This document shows positions 20,388 to 29,790 of a stretch of 64,000 bases of DNA, in pieces (the stretch's first letter is position 1; every line of letters begins with the position of its first letter). The notes under the pieces were generated by a model. It saw only the letters and a list, made by a program, of their open reading frames with translations, was not told the origin of the DNA and made no database searches. The DNA is from Acetobacter sp. 46_36 (lineage in GTDB: Bacteria; Pseudomonadota; Alphaproteobacteria; RF32; CAG-239), in contig MNTT01000015.1 of assembly GCA_001917135.1 (NCBI GenBank), positions 260,222 through 324,221 of the forward strand, written 5' to 3'. A program made the position numbers and the translations under genes.

Positions 20388-20821
20388 TTTCGGCAGAAGT
20401 CTTTCAGGCTCTCAGCATCTTGCGGTACATAGGTTCGGCTGTTTTCTGAACCATTCATAAAAGGGGCAAACTTAAGAAGTTTTGCTGCCTGGGGGGATAA
20501 AGGAGAGGGAGTATGTTGATTTAGAAAGTCAATCCATTTTTCCCCGTAATATGAGCTTGCCTCCGGATATTTCAAAATGCAGATACGTCGCAACAATTCA
20601 GAAATCATAACCGCGGCATAAACCGGGCGTGATGTGGAAATTTCCTCAAGTTCTTTAAAAGCATAACGTCTTTTGCTGATTCGGCGCAGTTTTAAAATTA
20701 TTTTTATAATCATGAAAGCAAAAACACCGGCAGCCAGAACAACCCACCATCCGTATGCTACGGGAAAAAAAGATACGCCGTCAGGTATTTGTATATCTCT
20801 TATTTCCGGCAGATTGTTCAT
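20366..20821 (-). CDS. Small single-TM protein (DUF4381-like) preceding batA
   Basis: 151 aa, one TM (WWVVLAAGVFAFMIIKIIL). Position and size match the small membrane protein commonly upstream of batA. Confidence 0.45.
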   Translation of the reverse strand: MNNLPEIRDIQIPDGVSFFPVAYGWWVVLAAGVFAFMIIKIILKLRRISKRRYAFKELEEISTSRPVYAAVMISELLRRICILKYPEASSYYGEKWIDFLNQHTPSPLSPQAAKLLKFAPFMNGSENSRTYVPQDAESLKDFCRKWIGENL

Positions 20822-20881
20822 AATCTCTCCCCATTAATAAAGTAAACCTAACCATAAATTTATGTTAAAAAGTTTCAAATA

Positions 20882-21370
20882 TCAAGAGAGCTTTGCAATA
20901 TAATCTTTTATCAACGGAGCCATTCTTTGCGCAGCAGCAGAATAAGCTTCCTTTTTAAAATCAATAACGTTGAAAACTGCAAACTCCAGCGTATCCCATT
21001 TATAGCGTTTAAATTCAGGATGAGGCATATCTAAGTGAATGTCTTTTTCGTTGCCTGTAAAGTAAAACAAAGAAAAATAAATATCTTGTCCGTCGTTAAA
21101 TATGCCTCTTTTACGAAAATTTTCTTTTATCTCGGCAGAAAATTCATACCGCGTAGGTTCAACATCGGTATATACAAGCTCGACCGAAGATATGCCGGTT
21201 TCTTCATAGAGTTCTCTGCACGCAGCTTCTGCCGGTATTTCTCCCGCTTCTATGCCGCCTTGGGGAAACTGCCAACTGTCGTTGGCAGTTTCGATTCTGC
21301 TTCCCAGGAATACCTTGCCGTCCTTATTAAAGACAATAGCCCCCGCGCACGGTCTGAAATGCTTGCTCAC
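20882..21370 (-). CDS. rppH: RNA pyrophosphohydrolase (NUDIX hydrolase; RppH/NudH, IalA-like)
   Basis: Nudix box GGIEAGEIPAEAACRELYEETGI. Confidence 0.8.
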   Translation of the reverse strand: MSKHFRPCAGAIVFNKDGKVFLGSRIETANDSWQFPQGGIEAGEIPAEAACRELYEETGISSVELVYTDVEPTRYEFSAEIKENFRKRGIFNDGQDIYFSLFYFTGNEKDIHLDMPHPEFKRYKWDTLEFAVFNVIDFKKEAYSAAAQRMAPLIKDYIAKLS

Positions 21371-21382
21371 CGGTTTTCTCCC

Positions 21383-22687
21383 TTACTTTTCGTCAGATTT
21401 GGAATACAGGGCCAGAGCTTTTACCAAATCTAAAGCGCGGACAAGTTGATAGTCAGCCAAATCTTCCTTGCTTTTGCCGTTTTTCTTTTCATTTCCGGCA
21501 TCTATGTCGCTGTCGTTTTTCAAGGCATTATTTAAATCGGCCTCGCTGATATTTAAGGTGTAAGACTCAAGTTCTTCAATCTTAGCAGGTTTAACCTCAA
21601 CATCGGGCTCAATGCCTTTCGCCTGAATAGAACGCCCGGACGGTGTATAATATCTGGCTGTTGTCAGGCGCATCGCCCCGTAATCCCGAAGCGGAATAAC
21701 GGTTTGAACCGAACCTTTGCCGAATGACTTTTCGCCTAAGATAATTGCTCTGTGGTGGTCTTGCAGCGCACCTGCCAGAATTTCGGAAGCCGAGGCCGAA
21801 CCTTCGTTGATAATGACGACAATAGGCAGCCCTTTGGCAATATCGCCTTCGTTTGCCATATATTTAACCGTATCCGCCTCATTGCGCGAACGGGTGGATA
21901 CGATTTCCCCTTTTTCCAAAAACAGATCCGAAACGTCAACCGCTTGGTCTAACAGCCCGCCGGGATTGTTTCTGACGTCAATGACAATGCCCAGCAGTTT
22001 GTTTTTAAGTTTCTTTTTTGCTTTGGTAATTGCTTCGCTGACAGATTTGTCAACATCTTCCGTAAACGAAGAAATTCTGATGTAAACAATAGAGTCTTCC
22101 TTGATTTCATTCTTAACGGACTGGATTTTGATTTCCTGCCGTTTAATCGTCAGTTCAATCGGTTTGGAGTTGACTCTGCGTATGGACAGTTTGACTTTTT
22201 CGCCGACTTTGCCGCGCATTTTGCTGACGGCATCGTTTAAGCTCATGCCGACTACGGTTTCTCCGTTAATGTTTGTGATATAGTCGCCGGCCTTGATACC
22301 CGCTTTTGCCGCCGGAGTGTCGTCAATCGGCGAAACGACTTTAACCAAACCGTTGTCCATGGTAACTTCGATTCCCAAGCCGCCAAATTTGCCTTTTGTC
22401 TGTTCGCTCATATAATTAAAGCTGTCAGCATCCAGATAGCTTGAATGGGGATCCAGCGATGTCAGCATTCCGTTAATTGCCGATTCGATAAGTTTCTTGT
22501 CAGAAACTTCTTCTACATAATTAAGCTTTGCCCGCTCCATAACTTCGCCGAACAAATTCAAGAGTTCGTACGTGTTGGCATCATCGTCTTTGCTGGTCGC
22601 AGCCCTGACATTTGCAGCGCTTATCATCAGTCCTGCAAATAAAGAAATAAACAACAACTTACTTTTTCCCATTTTCTTTCCTATCAA
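21383..22687 (-). CDS. ctpA: Carboxy-terminal processing protease (S41 family) with PDZ domain
   Basis: Signal peptide, PDZ region (GIKAGDYITNINGE), S41 catalytic region (NEGSASASEILAGALQD ... KSFGKGSVQTV). Confidence 0.85.
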   Translation of the reverse strand: MIGKKMGKSKLLFISLFAGLMISAANVRAATSKDDDANTYELLNLFGEVMERAKLNYVEEVSDKKLIESAINGMLTSLDPHSSYLDADSFNYMSEQTKGKFGGLGIEVTMDNGLVKVVSPIDDTPAAKAGIKAGDYITNINGETVVGMSLNDAVSKMRGKVGEKVKLSIRRVNSKPIELTIKRQEIKIQSVKNEIKEDSIVYIRISSFTEDVDKSVSEAITKAKKKLKNKLLGIVIDVRNNPGGLLDQAVDVSDLFLEKGEIVSTRSRNEADTVKYMANEGDIAKGLPIVVIINEGSASASEILAGALQDHHRAIILGEKSFGKGSVQTVIPLRDYGAMRLTTARYYTPSGRSIQAKGIEPDVEVKPAKIEELESYTLNISEADLNNALKNDSDIDAGNEKKNGKSKEDLADYQLVRALDLVKALALYSKSDEK

Positions 22688-22693
22688 TAAAGT

Positions 22694-23941
22694 TTAACCG
22701 GCAATCCATGGCGCGGGGTTAATTGGATGCCTGTCTTTCCGTATCTCGACATACAGCTTTGCATTACTGCTGTCGGGCATGGTACCAACCGGTTCTCCGG
22801 CCAGAAGCATTTGCCCCGGTTCGCAGTCGATAACGCCCAAACCGGCAAGCAGAGACAGGTATCCGTCTCCATGTTCTACTATAATAATATTACCATATCC
22901 TTTAAATGGGCCGGAAAAAATGACCGTTCCGTCGTATGGTGCGATAACCTGCGCTTCCGGGCGAGTTTTGTAAACAATTCCTTTGGAGGTTACGCCTTTG
23001 GAAAGCATTTGCCCGTATTCCGTTATGACCGTTCCCCTGACTGGTCGCGACAGCGAACCTTTGGCTTTTGCAAACCTGCCGCCCTTAGCTTGTTTTTTTA
23101 TGTCTTCGTGTTCTTTTGTACTGATAACGTGCGGCGTTTTTTGCCGTTTTAATTCTTCCTGTCGTTTCAAAGCCGCAAGTCTTTCTGCCTCTTCCTGTTT
23201 TTTGCGGGCAAGTTCTTTCTGTCGCTCCAGTTCATCAAGCAAATCCCGCAGGTTTTTTGCTTTGGAAGAAAGATTTTCCGCCAATTTCTGCGTTTCGGCG
23301 CCTTTTGTTTCCAACACCTTGCGCATACCGGCTTTTTTCTTCATCAGCGTTCTCATTTCTGCCTGTTGCTTTTCCAGCAGTTCCTGTCTTTTCTTCGTTT
23401 CCGCGACAGTTTCTTCGACTTTTTTCTTCTGCTGGTAAACGCTGTCCAAATCTGTTTTGAGTTTTGAAGACTTTTCGTTCAAAAAAGGCACCGTTTCCCG
23501 GAGAAGAATGGCGCTTCTTATAATATCCACCGGCGAAAGCGGTTGTAAAATGACCGCTTCCGACGGGTTAAGCGACATATTTTGCAGCGAAGCCAGCGTT
23601 TGTACCAAAGAATTGTTTTCTTTCGCAAAAGCTGCTTCTTTGGTTGCCAAATCCTCTTTCAATGCCGCTAGTTTGTTTTCCAGTTCGGACATTTTGTCCT
23701 CATTGTTCTGGATTTTTTGTGCCAGTCCGATAACAGTCTTGTCAATCTTGGACAATTCCAGATTGAGCTGTAGCGCCTGTGCCTGCAATTTTCTGGATTC
23801 TATCGTTTTCTTTTTGGCTTCAGCTTCTATCCTCTTGACATCGCTTTCGGATATATCTTTGGCATAACCCGAATTCCCGCTCGGGCAATTCAGGACAAAA
23901 GCTGTCAACGCTATGCCAAAGAATAATATCCGTTTCATCAA
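22694..23941 (-). CDS. EnvC-like murein hydrolase activator: coiled-coil plus C-terminal M23/LytM peptidase domain
   Basis: Long coiled-coil N-terminal half. C-terminal M23-like domain (GYGNIIIVEHGDGYLSLLAGL). Confidence 0.75.
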   Translation of the reverse strand: MMKRILFFGIALTAFVLNCPSGNSGYAKDISESDVKRIEAEAKKKTIESRKLQAQALQLNLELSKIDKTVIGLAQKIQNNEDKMSELENKLAALKEDLATKEAAFAKENNSLVQTLASLQNMSLNPSEAVILQPLSPVDIIRSAILLRETVPFLNEKSSKLKTDLDSVYQQKKKVEETVAETKKRQELLEKQQAEMRTLMKKKAGMRKVLETKGAETQKLAENLSSKAKNLRDLLDELERQKELARKKQEEAERLAALKRQEELKRQKTPHVISTKEHEDIKKQAKGGRFAKAKGSLSRPVRGTVITEYGQMLSKGVTSKGIVYKTRPEAQVIAPYDGTVIFSGPFKGYGNIIIVEHGDGYLSLLAGLGVIDCEPGQMLLAGEPVGTMPDSSNAKLYVEIRKDRHPINPAPWIAG

Positions 23942-23945
23942 AACC

Positions 23946-25475
23946 CTATTTTTCCAAGAGGGAGTTGCCCGTCATCTCTTTCGGTTTCTCAATATGCATC
24001 AAGTCCAAAAGTGTCGGGGAAATATCGGCAAGCCGCCCGTCTTTCAGGCCTTTTACCGGTGGCTCTGCGTTATAAAGTACGGCCTGAACTTTCCCGACGG
24101 TATGCGCGGTATAAGGTTCGCCCGTCTTTTCATCAACCATTTTTTCAACGTTGCCGTGGTCGGCTGTAACAAACAGAACTCCGCCGACGTCTTTAATGGC
24201 TTTCATCACTTTTCCCAAACAGTCGTCAACCGCCGCAACCGCTTTCAGCGCCGCGTCCATAATACCGGTATGCCCGACCATATCTCCGTTGGCAAAATTG
24301 CAGATAATGACGTCGTACTTTTGTTTTTCAATCGCGTCAGTTAACGCTTCCGTAACTTCATAAACGCTCATCTCCGGCTTCAGGTCATAAGTTGCGACTT
24401 TCGGGCTGTTGATAAGGATTCGCTCTTCGCCTTTAAACTCTTTTTCTTCACCGCCGTTGAAGAAGAACGTAACGTGTGCATATTTTTCCGTTTCTGCGAT
24501 TCGGAGCTGGGTCAGTCCGTGGTTTGCCACCACTTCACCAAAGATGTTTTTCAGTGCTTCCGGCGCAAAAATCGTCTTCATAAAGCGATTGTGATCAACT
24601 GAGTATTCAACCATTCCGACCAGTATGGCGAAGTTGATGATTTTCTTTCTCTCAAAACCGGTAAATTCCTTGTCGCCCAAGGCATATAAGATTTCTCTCG
24701 CTCGGTCGGCGCGGAAGTTAATCATCAGCACGGCGTCGCCGTCTTGTGCTCCCTGATAATCGCCGACAACGGCCGGAACGACGAATTCATCCGTTACGCC
24801 GTCATTGTAAGACGCGGTAATTGCTTCGTCCGCGGTGGCAAAACGCTTGCCGTCGGCGAGAACGATGTTGTCGTAGGCCTTTTCCACTCTGTCCCAGCGC
24901 TTGTCGCGGTCCATGGCGTAAAAGCGCCCGGCAATAGTCGCAAGCTTGACGTTCGGCATATCCTTGATGTTGTTTTCAAAATCGCTCAAAAAGCCTTTGC
25001 CCGACTGCGGCGGCGTGTCTCTGCCGTCCAAAAAGGCGTGTACGTCAACGTTGATGCCGTTTTTCTGCAAAATTCCGCAGACCGCTTCAATATGTTTCTG
25101 GTGGGAATGGACGCCTCCCGGCGACATCAGCCCCATCAAGTGGCAGGTTCCTTTTGTTTCTTTGAGTTTGTTAATCAGCTCGACAAGTGTCGGATTCTTC
25201 TTCAGGCTTCCGTCTTTGATTGCTAGGTCGATTTTCGGCAAATCCTGCATAACGACGCGTCCCGCGCCCAGATTCGTGTGCCCGACTTCCGAATTTCCCA
25301 TTTGTCCTTCCGGCAGTCCGACATCATATCCGGACGTTTCCACAAAACAATGCGGACAGGTCGCCAGCAGGTTGTGCCAGTTGGGCGTATGCCCCTGTTC
25401 AATGGCATTGTCGGGGGTAACGTTTGCCCGGTATCCCCAGCCGTCCAGAATCAATAGCATTACAGGTTTTTGCAT
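23946..25475 (-). CDS. gpmI: 2,3-bisphosphoglycerate-independent phosphoglycerate mutase
   Basis: MQKPVMLLILDGWGY..., metal-binding and phosphoserine motifs of iPGM, 509 aa. Confidence 0.9.
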   Translation of the reverse strand: MQKPVMLLILDGWGYRANVTPDNAIEQGHTPNWHNLLATCPHCFVETSGYDVGLPEGQMGNSEVGHTNLGAGRVVMQDLPKIDLAIKDGSLKKNPTLVELINKLKETKGTCHLMGLMSPGGVHSHQKHIEAVCGILQKNGINVDVHAFLDGRDTPPQSGKGFLSDFENNIKDMPNVKLATIAGRFYAMDRDKRWDRVEKAYDNIVLADGKRFATADEAITASYNDGVTDEFVVPAVVGDYQGAQDGDAVLMINFRADRAREILYALGDKEFTGFERKKIINFAILVGMVEYSVDHNRFMKTIFAPEALKNIFGEVVANHGLTQLRIAETEKYAHVTFFFNGGEEKEFKGEERILINSPKVATYDLKPEMSVYEVTEALTDAIEKQKYDVIICNFANGDMVGHTGIMDAALKAVAAVDDCLGKVMKAIKDVGGVLFVTADHGNVEKMVDEKTGEPYTAHTVGKVQAVLYNAEPPVKGLKDGRLADISPTLLDLMHIEKPKEMTGNSLLEK

Positions 25476-25649
25476 TATATTTACTCCATATCTGATTTAT
25501 TTTATCTCTAACCGAATATATAGGTCACTTTAAAGCAGAAAGCATTATATTTATCCATATTTTTTTAGGTTATAAACAATATAAGTCTTGTTAAGACAAA
25601 AAGATAGTTTTATATTGAAAGCAAGATTGGTTTATTTTGGGAAAAACGG

Positions 25650-26747
25650 ATGAAAATATCCCCTTTGTGGCTGTTCTGTCTGGCCGCGTCGCCCGCCTGT
25701 GCCGGCACGCTGGAAACGGATTATGCGCTGGAACTCAACAATTATTACGGCTATACGGATTATGCCAAACCGTATAACCGCCTGCATAAACAGAATAATC
25801 TGAATTCCTCGCTGAATGCGTACGGGCGGCTGACCTACGAGTTTAACCGCGAATACGCCGCCTCGCTTATCGGCTATTTTATGATAGATTCGGCAAAGGA
25901 AGTTGAAAACTATAATCAGGGAATATGGGGCGAAGAGGTCTATGTACTGGCGGAAACCCCGTTCGGCGAATTTTCCGCCGGGCAGAATTATAACGTTGCT
26001 TATGCGTTTGCCGTCGGCGCGCCGAATGTCGGAGCCTGGCGGGTAAATAATACCGATTTGGTTAATTTCATCACCAATCCGAACTGGTACAAAAAAGGCG
26101 GCAGGATGTCTTATAAGACCCTGAATTCAACCTATATCAACACCGACGGCGCTTCCCCGAAAGTCAGCTATGTAACGCCGGAATGGCAGGGGATGAAGCT
26201 GGGTGCGACCTTTGTGCCGGAAACCTACAGCCAGTCCGGGCTTGTCGCCAAAGACGCGCCGTATAAGGACAAAAGCGCCTATATTCTCGGTGCGTACGGT
26301 TCGTGGGATGTTTTCGGCTATGAGTTGGAAACATCGCTCGGTTTTGCTGATTTTGATAAAAATGACAAAGAATACTCCGCAGGAATCAGTATCTACCGCA
26401 AAGGGTGGACGCTTGGAGCCTCTTATCGCAAAACCGAAACTTCCGGTTCCGCTTATGCGCTGGATAAGGCGAACCTGTACGACGCATATAGGGAAGGGCA
26501 GGCGTATAATGTCGGCTTGAGCTATGCCATCGGGCCGTTTACGACCGGAATTGCTTATTTTGATTCCAAAGCTGATCACAGCGGCAATCGCGATAAAATT
26601 ATCAGTTTTTCCAACAGTTGGCAGTATAACAAATATGTCGGTTTTTCGCTGACAGCCGCTCATTTGGAGTCGAAAGGAGCGGATTCGCTGCCGGAAAACA
26701 ATGCCAAAGGCTATGCTTTCATTTTCGGGCTGGAGTTGAAGTTATGA
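25650..26747 (+). CDS. Outer-membrane beta-barrel protein, porin-like
   Basis: Signal peptide (LFCLAASPACAG), alternating amphipathic beta-strand pattern, C-terminal aromatic terminus (...FGLELKL). Confidence 0.55.
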   Translation: MKISPLWLFCLAASPACAGTLETDYALELNNYYGYTDYAKPYNRLHKQNNLNSSLNAYGRLTYEFNREYAASLIGYFMIDSAKEVENYNQGIWGEEVYVLAETPFGEFSAGQNYNVAYAFAVGAPNVGAWRVNNTDLVNFITNPNWYKKGGRMSYKTLNSTYINTDGASPKVSYVTPEWQGMKLGATFVPETYSQSGLVAKDAPYKDKSAYILGAYGSWDVFGYELETSLGFADFDKNDKEYSAGISIYRKGWTLGASYRKTETSGSAYALDKANLYDAYREGQAYNVGLSYAIGPFTTGIAYFDSKADHSGNRDKIISFSNSWQYNKYVGFSLTAAHLESKGADSLPENNAKGYAFIFGLELKL

Positions 26748-27358
26748 ACAAAATTTGTATAGTTTCATCGGATTCGCTGTTTGCTGGAGATTTGGCGCAG
26801 CAAATTCTGCGCGAAGTGCCGGAAACGGAAATTCTCTCCGCCGATTCGGTACAAAATGCCGATATGCTTCTGCTTGACGCGGAATCCGGCGAAACGGCGT
26901 CCTGTGCCGGGCAAAAGGCTGAAATTCCTGTGGTTCTCTTCTCATCGGAGCACGAATTGTCCGATTATGCCGATGTGGTGATAAAAAAACCGTTTGCCCT
27001 TTCCGGGTTTTTGCAGGCCTTGCAGAACAAAACCCTTCTGCCTAAAGTTCGCCGCAAGGAGTGTCTTAATTTTAAGGAATATAGCCTCTATCCCGTCAAA
27101 AAGGAGATTGTATCGTCCAAATCCGGCAAAACGACAAAGCTGACCGAAAAAGAAGTTGATATTCTTAAGTATTTGTACCAAAACCTACCCGCCGCGGCCA
27201 GTAAAGAAGATTTGCTTGAAAATGTCTGGGAATACAGCGCCGGCGTAACCACCCATACCATAGAAACGCATATTTACCGTTTACGCCAGAAAGTGGAGCA
27301 GGACGGCGGCAGCCAGCTGATATTGACGGAAAACAGCGGCTATCGTTTGAATGTATGA
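26744..27358 (+). CDS. OmpR/PhoB-family winged-helix transcriptional regulator with a compact receiver-like N-domain; no sensor kinase nearby
   Basis: C-terminal trans_reg_C domain (LTEKEVDILKYLYQN...HTIETHIYRLRQKV...GYRL). The N-domain retains the candidate acceptor Asp (MLLLDAES) and the K-P-F motif. Start overlaps the porin stop (ATGA). Confidence 0.65.
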   Translation: MNKICIVSSDSLFAGDLAQQILREVPETEILSADSVQNADMLLLDAESGETASCAGQKAEIPVVLFSSEHELSDYADVVIKKPFALSGFLQALQNKTLLPKVRRKECLNFKEYSLYPVKKEIVSSKSGKTTKLTEKEVDILKYLYQNLPAAASKEDLLENVWEYSAGVTTHTIETHIYRLRQKVEQDGGSQLILTENSGYRLNV

Positions 27359-27558
27359 AAGCCTGTCCCTCGTTTCCCATCTGTTTTGCGTTGTCTCTCC
27401 CTTTGTCCCCTCTCCGCATTCACCCTCGTTTACTACTTCCCTCCCGCCTCGGCAAGCTCTTCGGCGGCAGATAGATTCCTCAGGCCATATCCGGCATCTT
27501 TCAGATAATAACCTAGGCGGCAGATAAGCCCGGTATATCAGCTTCTCTTTTTATCAGA

Positions 27559-28596
27559 CTATTTGGATAGCCCCAGTGGCGTAAACGTAAATCGTATCTC
27601 TTTCCAGTCGCTGTATCTGGAGCCGCTTTGTGCCGACAATACCTTAAAGACACCGTAAACGTCCTGTGCTATATAAATTGCGCGTTCGGCGCTGTCTGCC
27701 AATGCCTGAAAATAGGTGTCAGTCCTGTAACGCCGCATATCTTCAATCTTTACGGATTCGATAAGTCCCTCTTTTGTCAGCTTGACGCTGATGACAACCT
27801 CAATATTGCGGTCGTCTTTACCGCCGGCAATCGTTTTCCATGATTCCTGAATTTTAGATTTTACAAAATCAATGCCGGATACCGACAGTTCGCTGAAATA
27901 CGACCCTTGGCTGTTTCCCCCCTCTATACCGAGGTTGTTGACCGGCTCGTCATAAGGAACCTGTGCCGGAGCATCTTCCTCGCCGATTTGTTTCTGCAAA
28001 TCATCAACGGAATTCATCAGGCTTTGCAGCGGATTAGCGCTTCTTACGGCATTTTTGTTTGGTTTTGCTGCCGGTTTACTGGCTGGAGTCACCTTTTTGT
28101 CGGTTTCGGTTTTTTTCGGCTGAACCGGCTTTTTATTCGGTTTAATCTGCGGCTTTTTCTGGGGAATTGGTGCCGGTTTTTTCTTTTCTTTCAGTGGCTC
28201 TTTCGATTCCTTTTTCGGTTCTTCTTTGGTTTCTTCCGGTTTTGGAGCTTCCTCAATCAGCGACGGCGATTTTATTTCCGGCGCTTTTACTTCGGGAACA
28301 GGCTCCGGTTTGGGTTTTTCTTCAACTTTCGGTGCAGGAGCTGGCTCGGCTTTTTTAGGGGTAAAACTCTCTTCGACAGGCTTTTCTTTGCGTGTCGCTG
28401 GTTTTTTTTCGGGACCGCGAACTGCTTTTGCCGGAATATTTGTCGTATCAGAAATTTTTACGTTCTCCAAATCGACCATAATCGGCGGCTGTTCATCAAA
28501 ATTACGTTTGCTTCCCAAAAACGGTATGTCAAAAACACATAGCAAAACTACTGCAATGTGTAAAGCAACCGATTTATAAACGTAATTTTTCTGCAT
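27559..28596 (-). CDS. tolA: TolA-like protein (N-terminal TM anchor, long Pro/Lys/Glu-rich spacer, C-terminal domain)
   Basis: Immediately downstream of tolQ-tolR; single TM (VALHIAVVLLCVF); PKPEPVPE/KKP repeats. Confidence 0.65.
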   Translation of the reverse strand: MQKNYVYKSVALHIAVVLLCVFDIPFLGSKRNFDEQPPIMVDLENVKISDTTNIPAKAVRGPEKKPATRKEKPVEESFTPKKAEPAPAPKVEEKPKPEPVPEVKAPEIKSPSLIEEAPKPEETKEEPKKESKEPLKEKKKPAPIPQKKPQIKPNKKPVQPKKTETDKKVTPASKPAAKPNKNAVRSANPLQSLMNSVDDLQKQIGEEDAPAQVPYDEPVNNLGIEGGNSQGSYFSELSVSGIDFVKSKIQESWKTIAGGKDDRNIEVVISVKLTKEGLIESVKIEDMRRYRTDTYFQALADSAERAIYIAQDVYGVFKVLSAQSGSRYSDWKEIRFTFTPLGLSK

Positions 28597-28610
28597 TAAC
28601 CGAAAACTTT

Positions 28611-29039
28611 CTAATTTTTGCTTTTCCGAGCTTCAGTTTTCAGCCCGACTTTGCTGAATCCTGCATCTTTTAACATAGCCATCAATCCGATAACACTGCC
28701 GTAAGATGAAGATGTATCTCCGGAAATGGTAACCGTTACGTCTTTGTTTTCTCCTTTGATTGCCTTAATCTTGTCAATAATCGTTTCCGGTTCGATTTGG
28801 CTTTGGCCGATGTAATAATGCCCGTCTTTGTCAACACTGATATTAATAGAGGTATCTTTGCCATTCAGCGTGCCTCCGCCGACTTTCGGCAGGTCAAGCG
28901 GGATTCCTGACGTCATAAGCGGCGCTGCAACCATAAAAACTACTAAAAGCACCATCATAACGTCCATAAGGTTCGTCATATTGATATCAGCGTTGCGACG
29001 GCTGCCCCGCCTTTGGATTCTTCCGTTAATAATTGCCAT
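28611..29039 (-). CDS. tolR: Biopolymer transport protein TolR/ExbD
   Basis: MAIINGRIQRR...INMTNLMDVMMVLLVVFMV typical TolR/ExbD N-terminus. ATG at 29037-29039 lies 4 nt after the tolQ stop, with GGAG upstream. The track start at 29150 would overlap tolQ by 107 nt. Confidence 0.8.
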   Translation of the reverse strand: MAIINGRIQRRGSRRNADINMTNLMDVMMVLLVVFMVAAPLMTSGIPLDLPKVGGGTLNGKDTSINISVDKDGHYYIGQSQIEPETIIDKIKAIKGENKDVTVTISGDTSSSYGSVIGLMAMLKDAGFSKVGLKTEARKSKN

Positions 29040-29043
29040 ATCT

Positions 29044-29790
29044 TTATTCTCCGGCCATTTCTGCTTTAATAGTCGTATCGTCAATTTCCCGCGATAAAAT
29101 GCTTGAAAATTCTGCCATAAAGTTTTCGAGCTTTTTGGCATAGCGGTCAATATCCGTGGTAATCATATTATAGGCAATATAAGCGGGAATTGCGGCAATC
29201 AAGCCAAATGCGGTAGTAAACAGGGCTTCGGCAATACCCGGAGCAATAGAAGTCAGAGAGTTGCTTTGGGTAACTGCAATAGCGTTAAAACATGAGATAA
29301 TGCCCCAAACTGTTCCAAACAGCCCGACCAGCGGCGCCACCGAACCGGTAGAAGCCAAAAAGCCCAGATGATTGTCCATCTCGTCAAGCTCTTTGTCCAT
29401 GGAAACCATCATCGCCTTTTCGATTCGCTGCTGTAAAGAAACGCCGCGCAGCCCCCTGTCTGTTTTGGACTTCATAATGTTCGTACGGCGCCATTCTTTC
29501 ATTGCCGCAACAAACATAGCCGACATCGGATCCTGCGGATTGCCGATGGAATCGTACAGCTTGTCAAGCGAACCGCCGGACCAAAAACGCTCTTCAAACG
29601 TCTTGGACAGGCGTTTGACTTGGCGCAGCGTATTTATTTTTTCAAAAATAATCGCCCATGACCAGACCGAAGCGGCAATCAACCCAATCATAACCGCTTT
29701 GGTAATCAGGTCGGATGACCATACCATATCCCACATCGAAAGTTGATTTACAACCTCGGCAGCAACCTCTGTTTCCATCTTTTTCCCCAT
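29044..29790 (-). CDS. tolQ: Tol-Pal system protein TolQ (MotA/TolQ/ExbB proton channel)
   Basis: Three TMs and a conserved C-terminal MotA/TolQ/ExbB region (GLFGTVWGIISCFNAIA...PGIAEALFTTAFGLIAAIPAYIAYN). Confidence 0.85.
   Translation of the reverse strand: MGKKMETEVAAEVVNQLSMWDMVWSSDLITKAVMIGLIAASVWSWAIIFEKINTLRQVKRLSKTFEERFWSGGSLDKLYDSIGNPQDPMSAMFVAAMKEWRRTNIMKSKTDRGLRGVSLQQRIEKAMMVSMDKELDEMDNHLGFLASTGSVAPLVGLFGTVWGIISCFNAIAVTQSNSLTSIAPGIAEALFTTAFGLIAAIPAYIAYNMITTDIDRYAKKLENFMAEFSSILSREIDDTTIKAEMAGE

Noticed and set aside
24744-25226. 160-aa plus ORF, and other ORFs (24946-25533), opposite gpmI
   Set aside because: Antisense to the strongly supported gpmI.
27359-27558. Possible tRNA in the C-rich intergenic region
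   Set aside because: No T-arm GGTTCGAATCC-like box or cloverleaf could be recognised on either strand. Retained only as an unexplained pyrimidine tract.
28000-28400. Repetitive DNA (GGTTTTTCTTT / CGGTTTT units) that could be mistaken for a CRISPR-like or tandem repeat array
   Set aside because: It is the coding sequence for PKPEP/KKP peptide repeats of TolA on the other strand. No constant-length repeat/spacer structure and no cas genes.
27907-28579. 211-aa and 117-aa plus-strand ORFs opposite tolA
   Set aside because: Antisense to the Pro/Lys-rich tolA spacer; F/R/G-rich products with no start context.
28611-29150. Track version of tolR overlapping tolQ by 107 nt
   Set aside because: An internal ATG at 29037-29039 gives the canonical TolR N-terminus, 4 nt after the tolQ stop, with a GGAG RBS.
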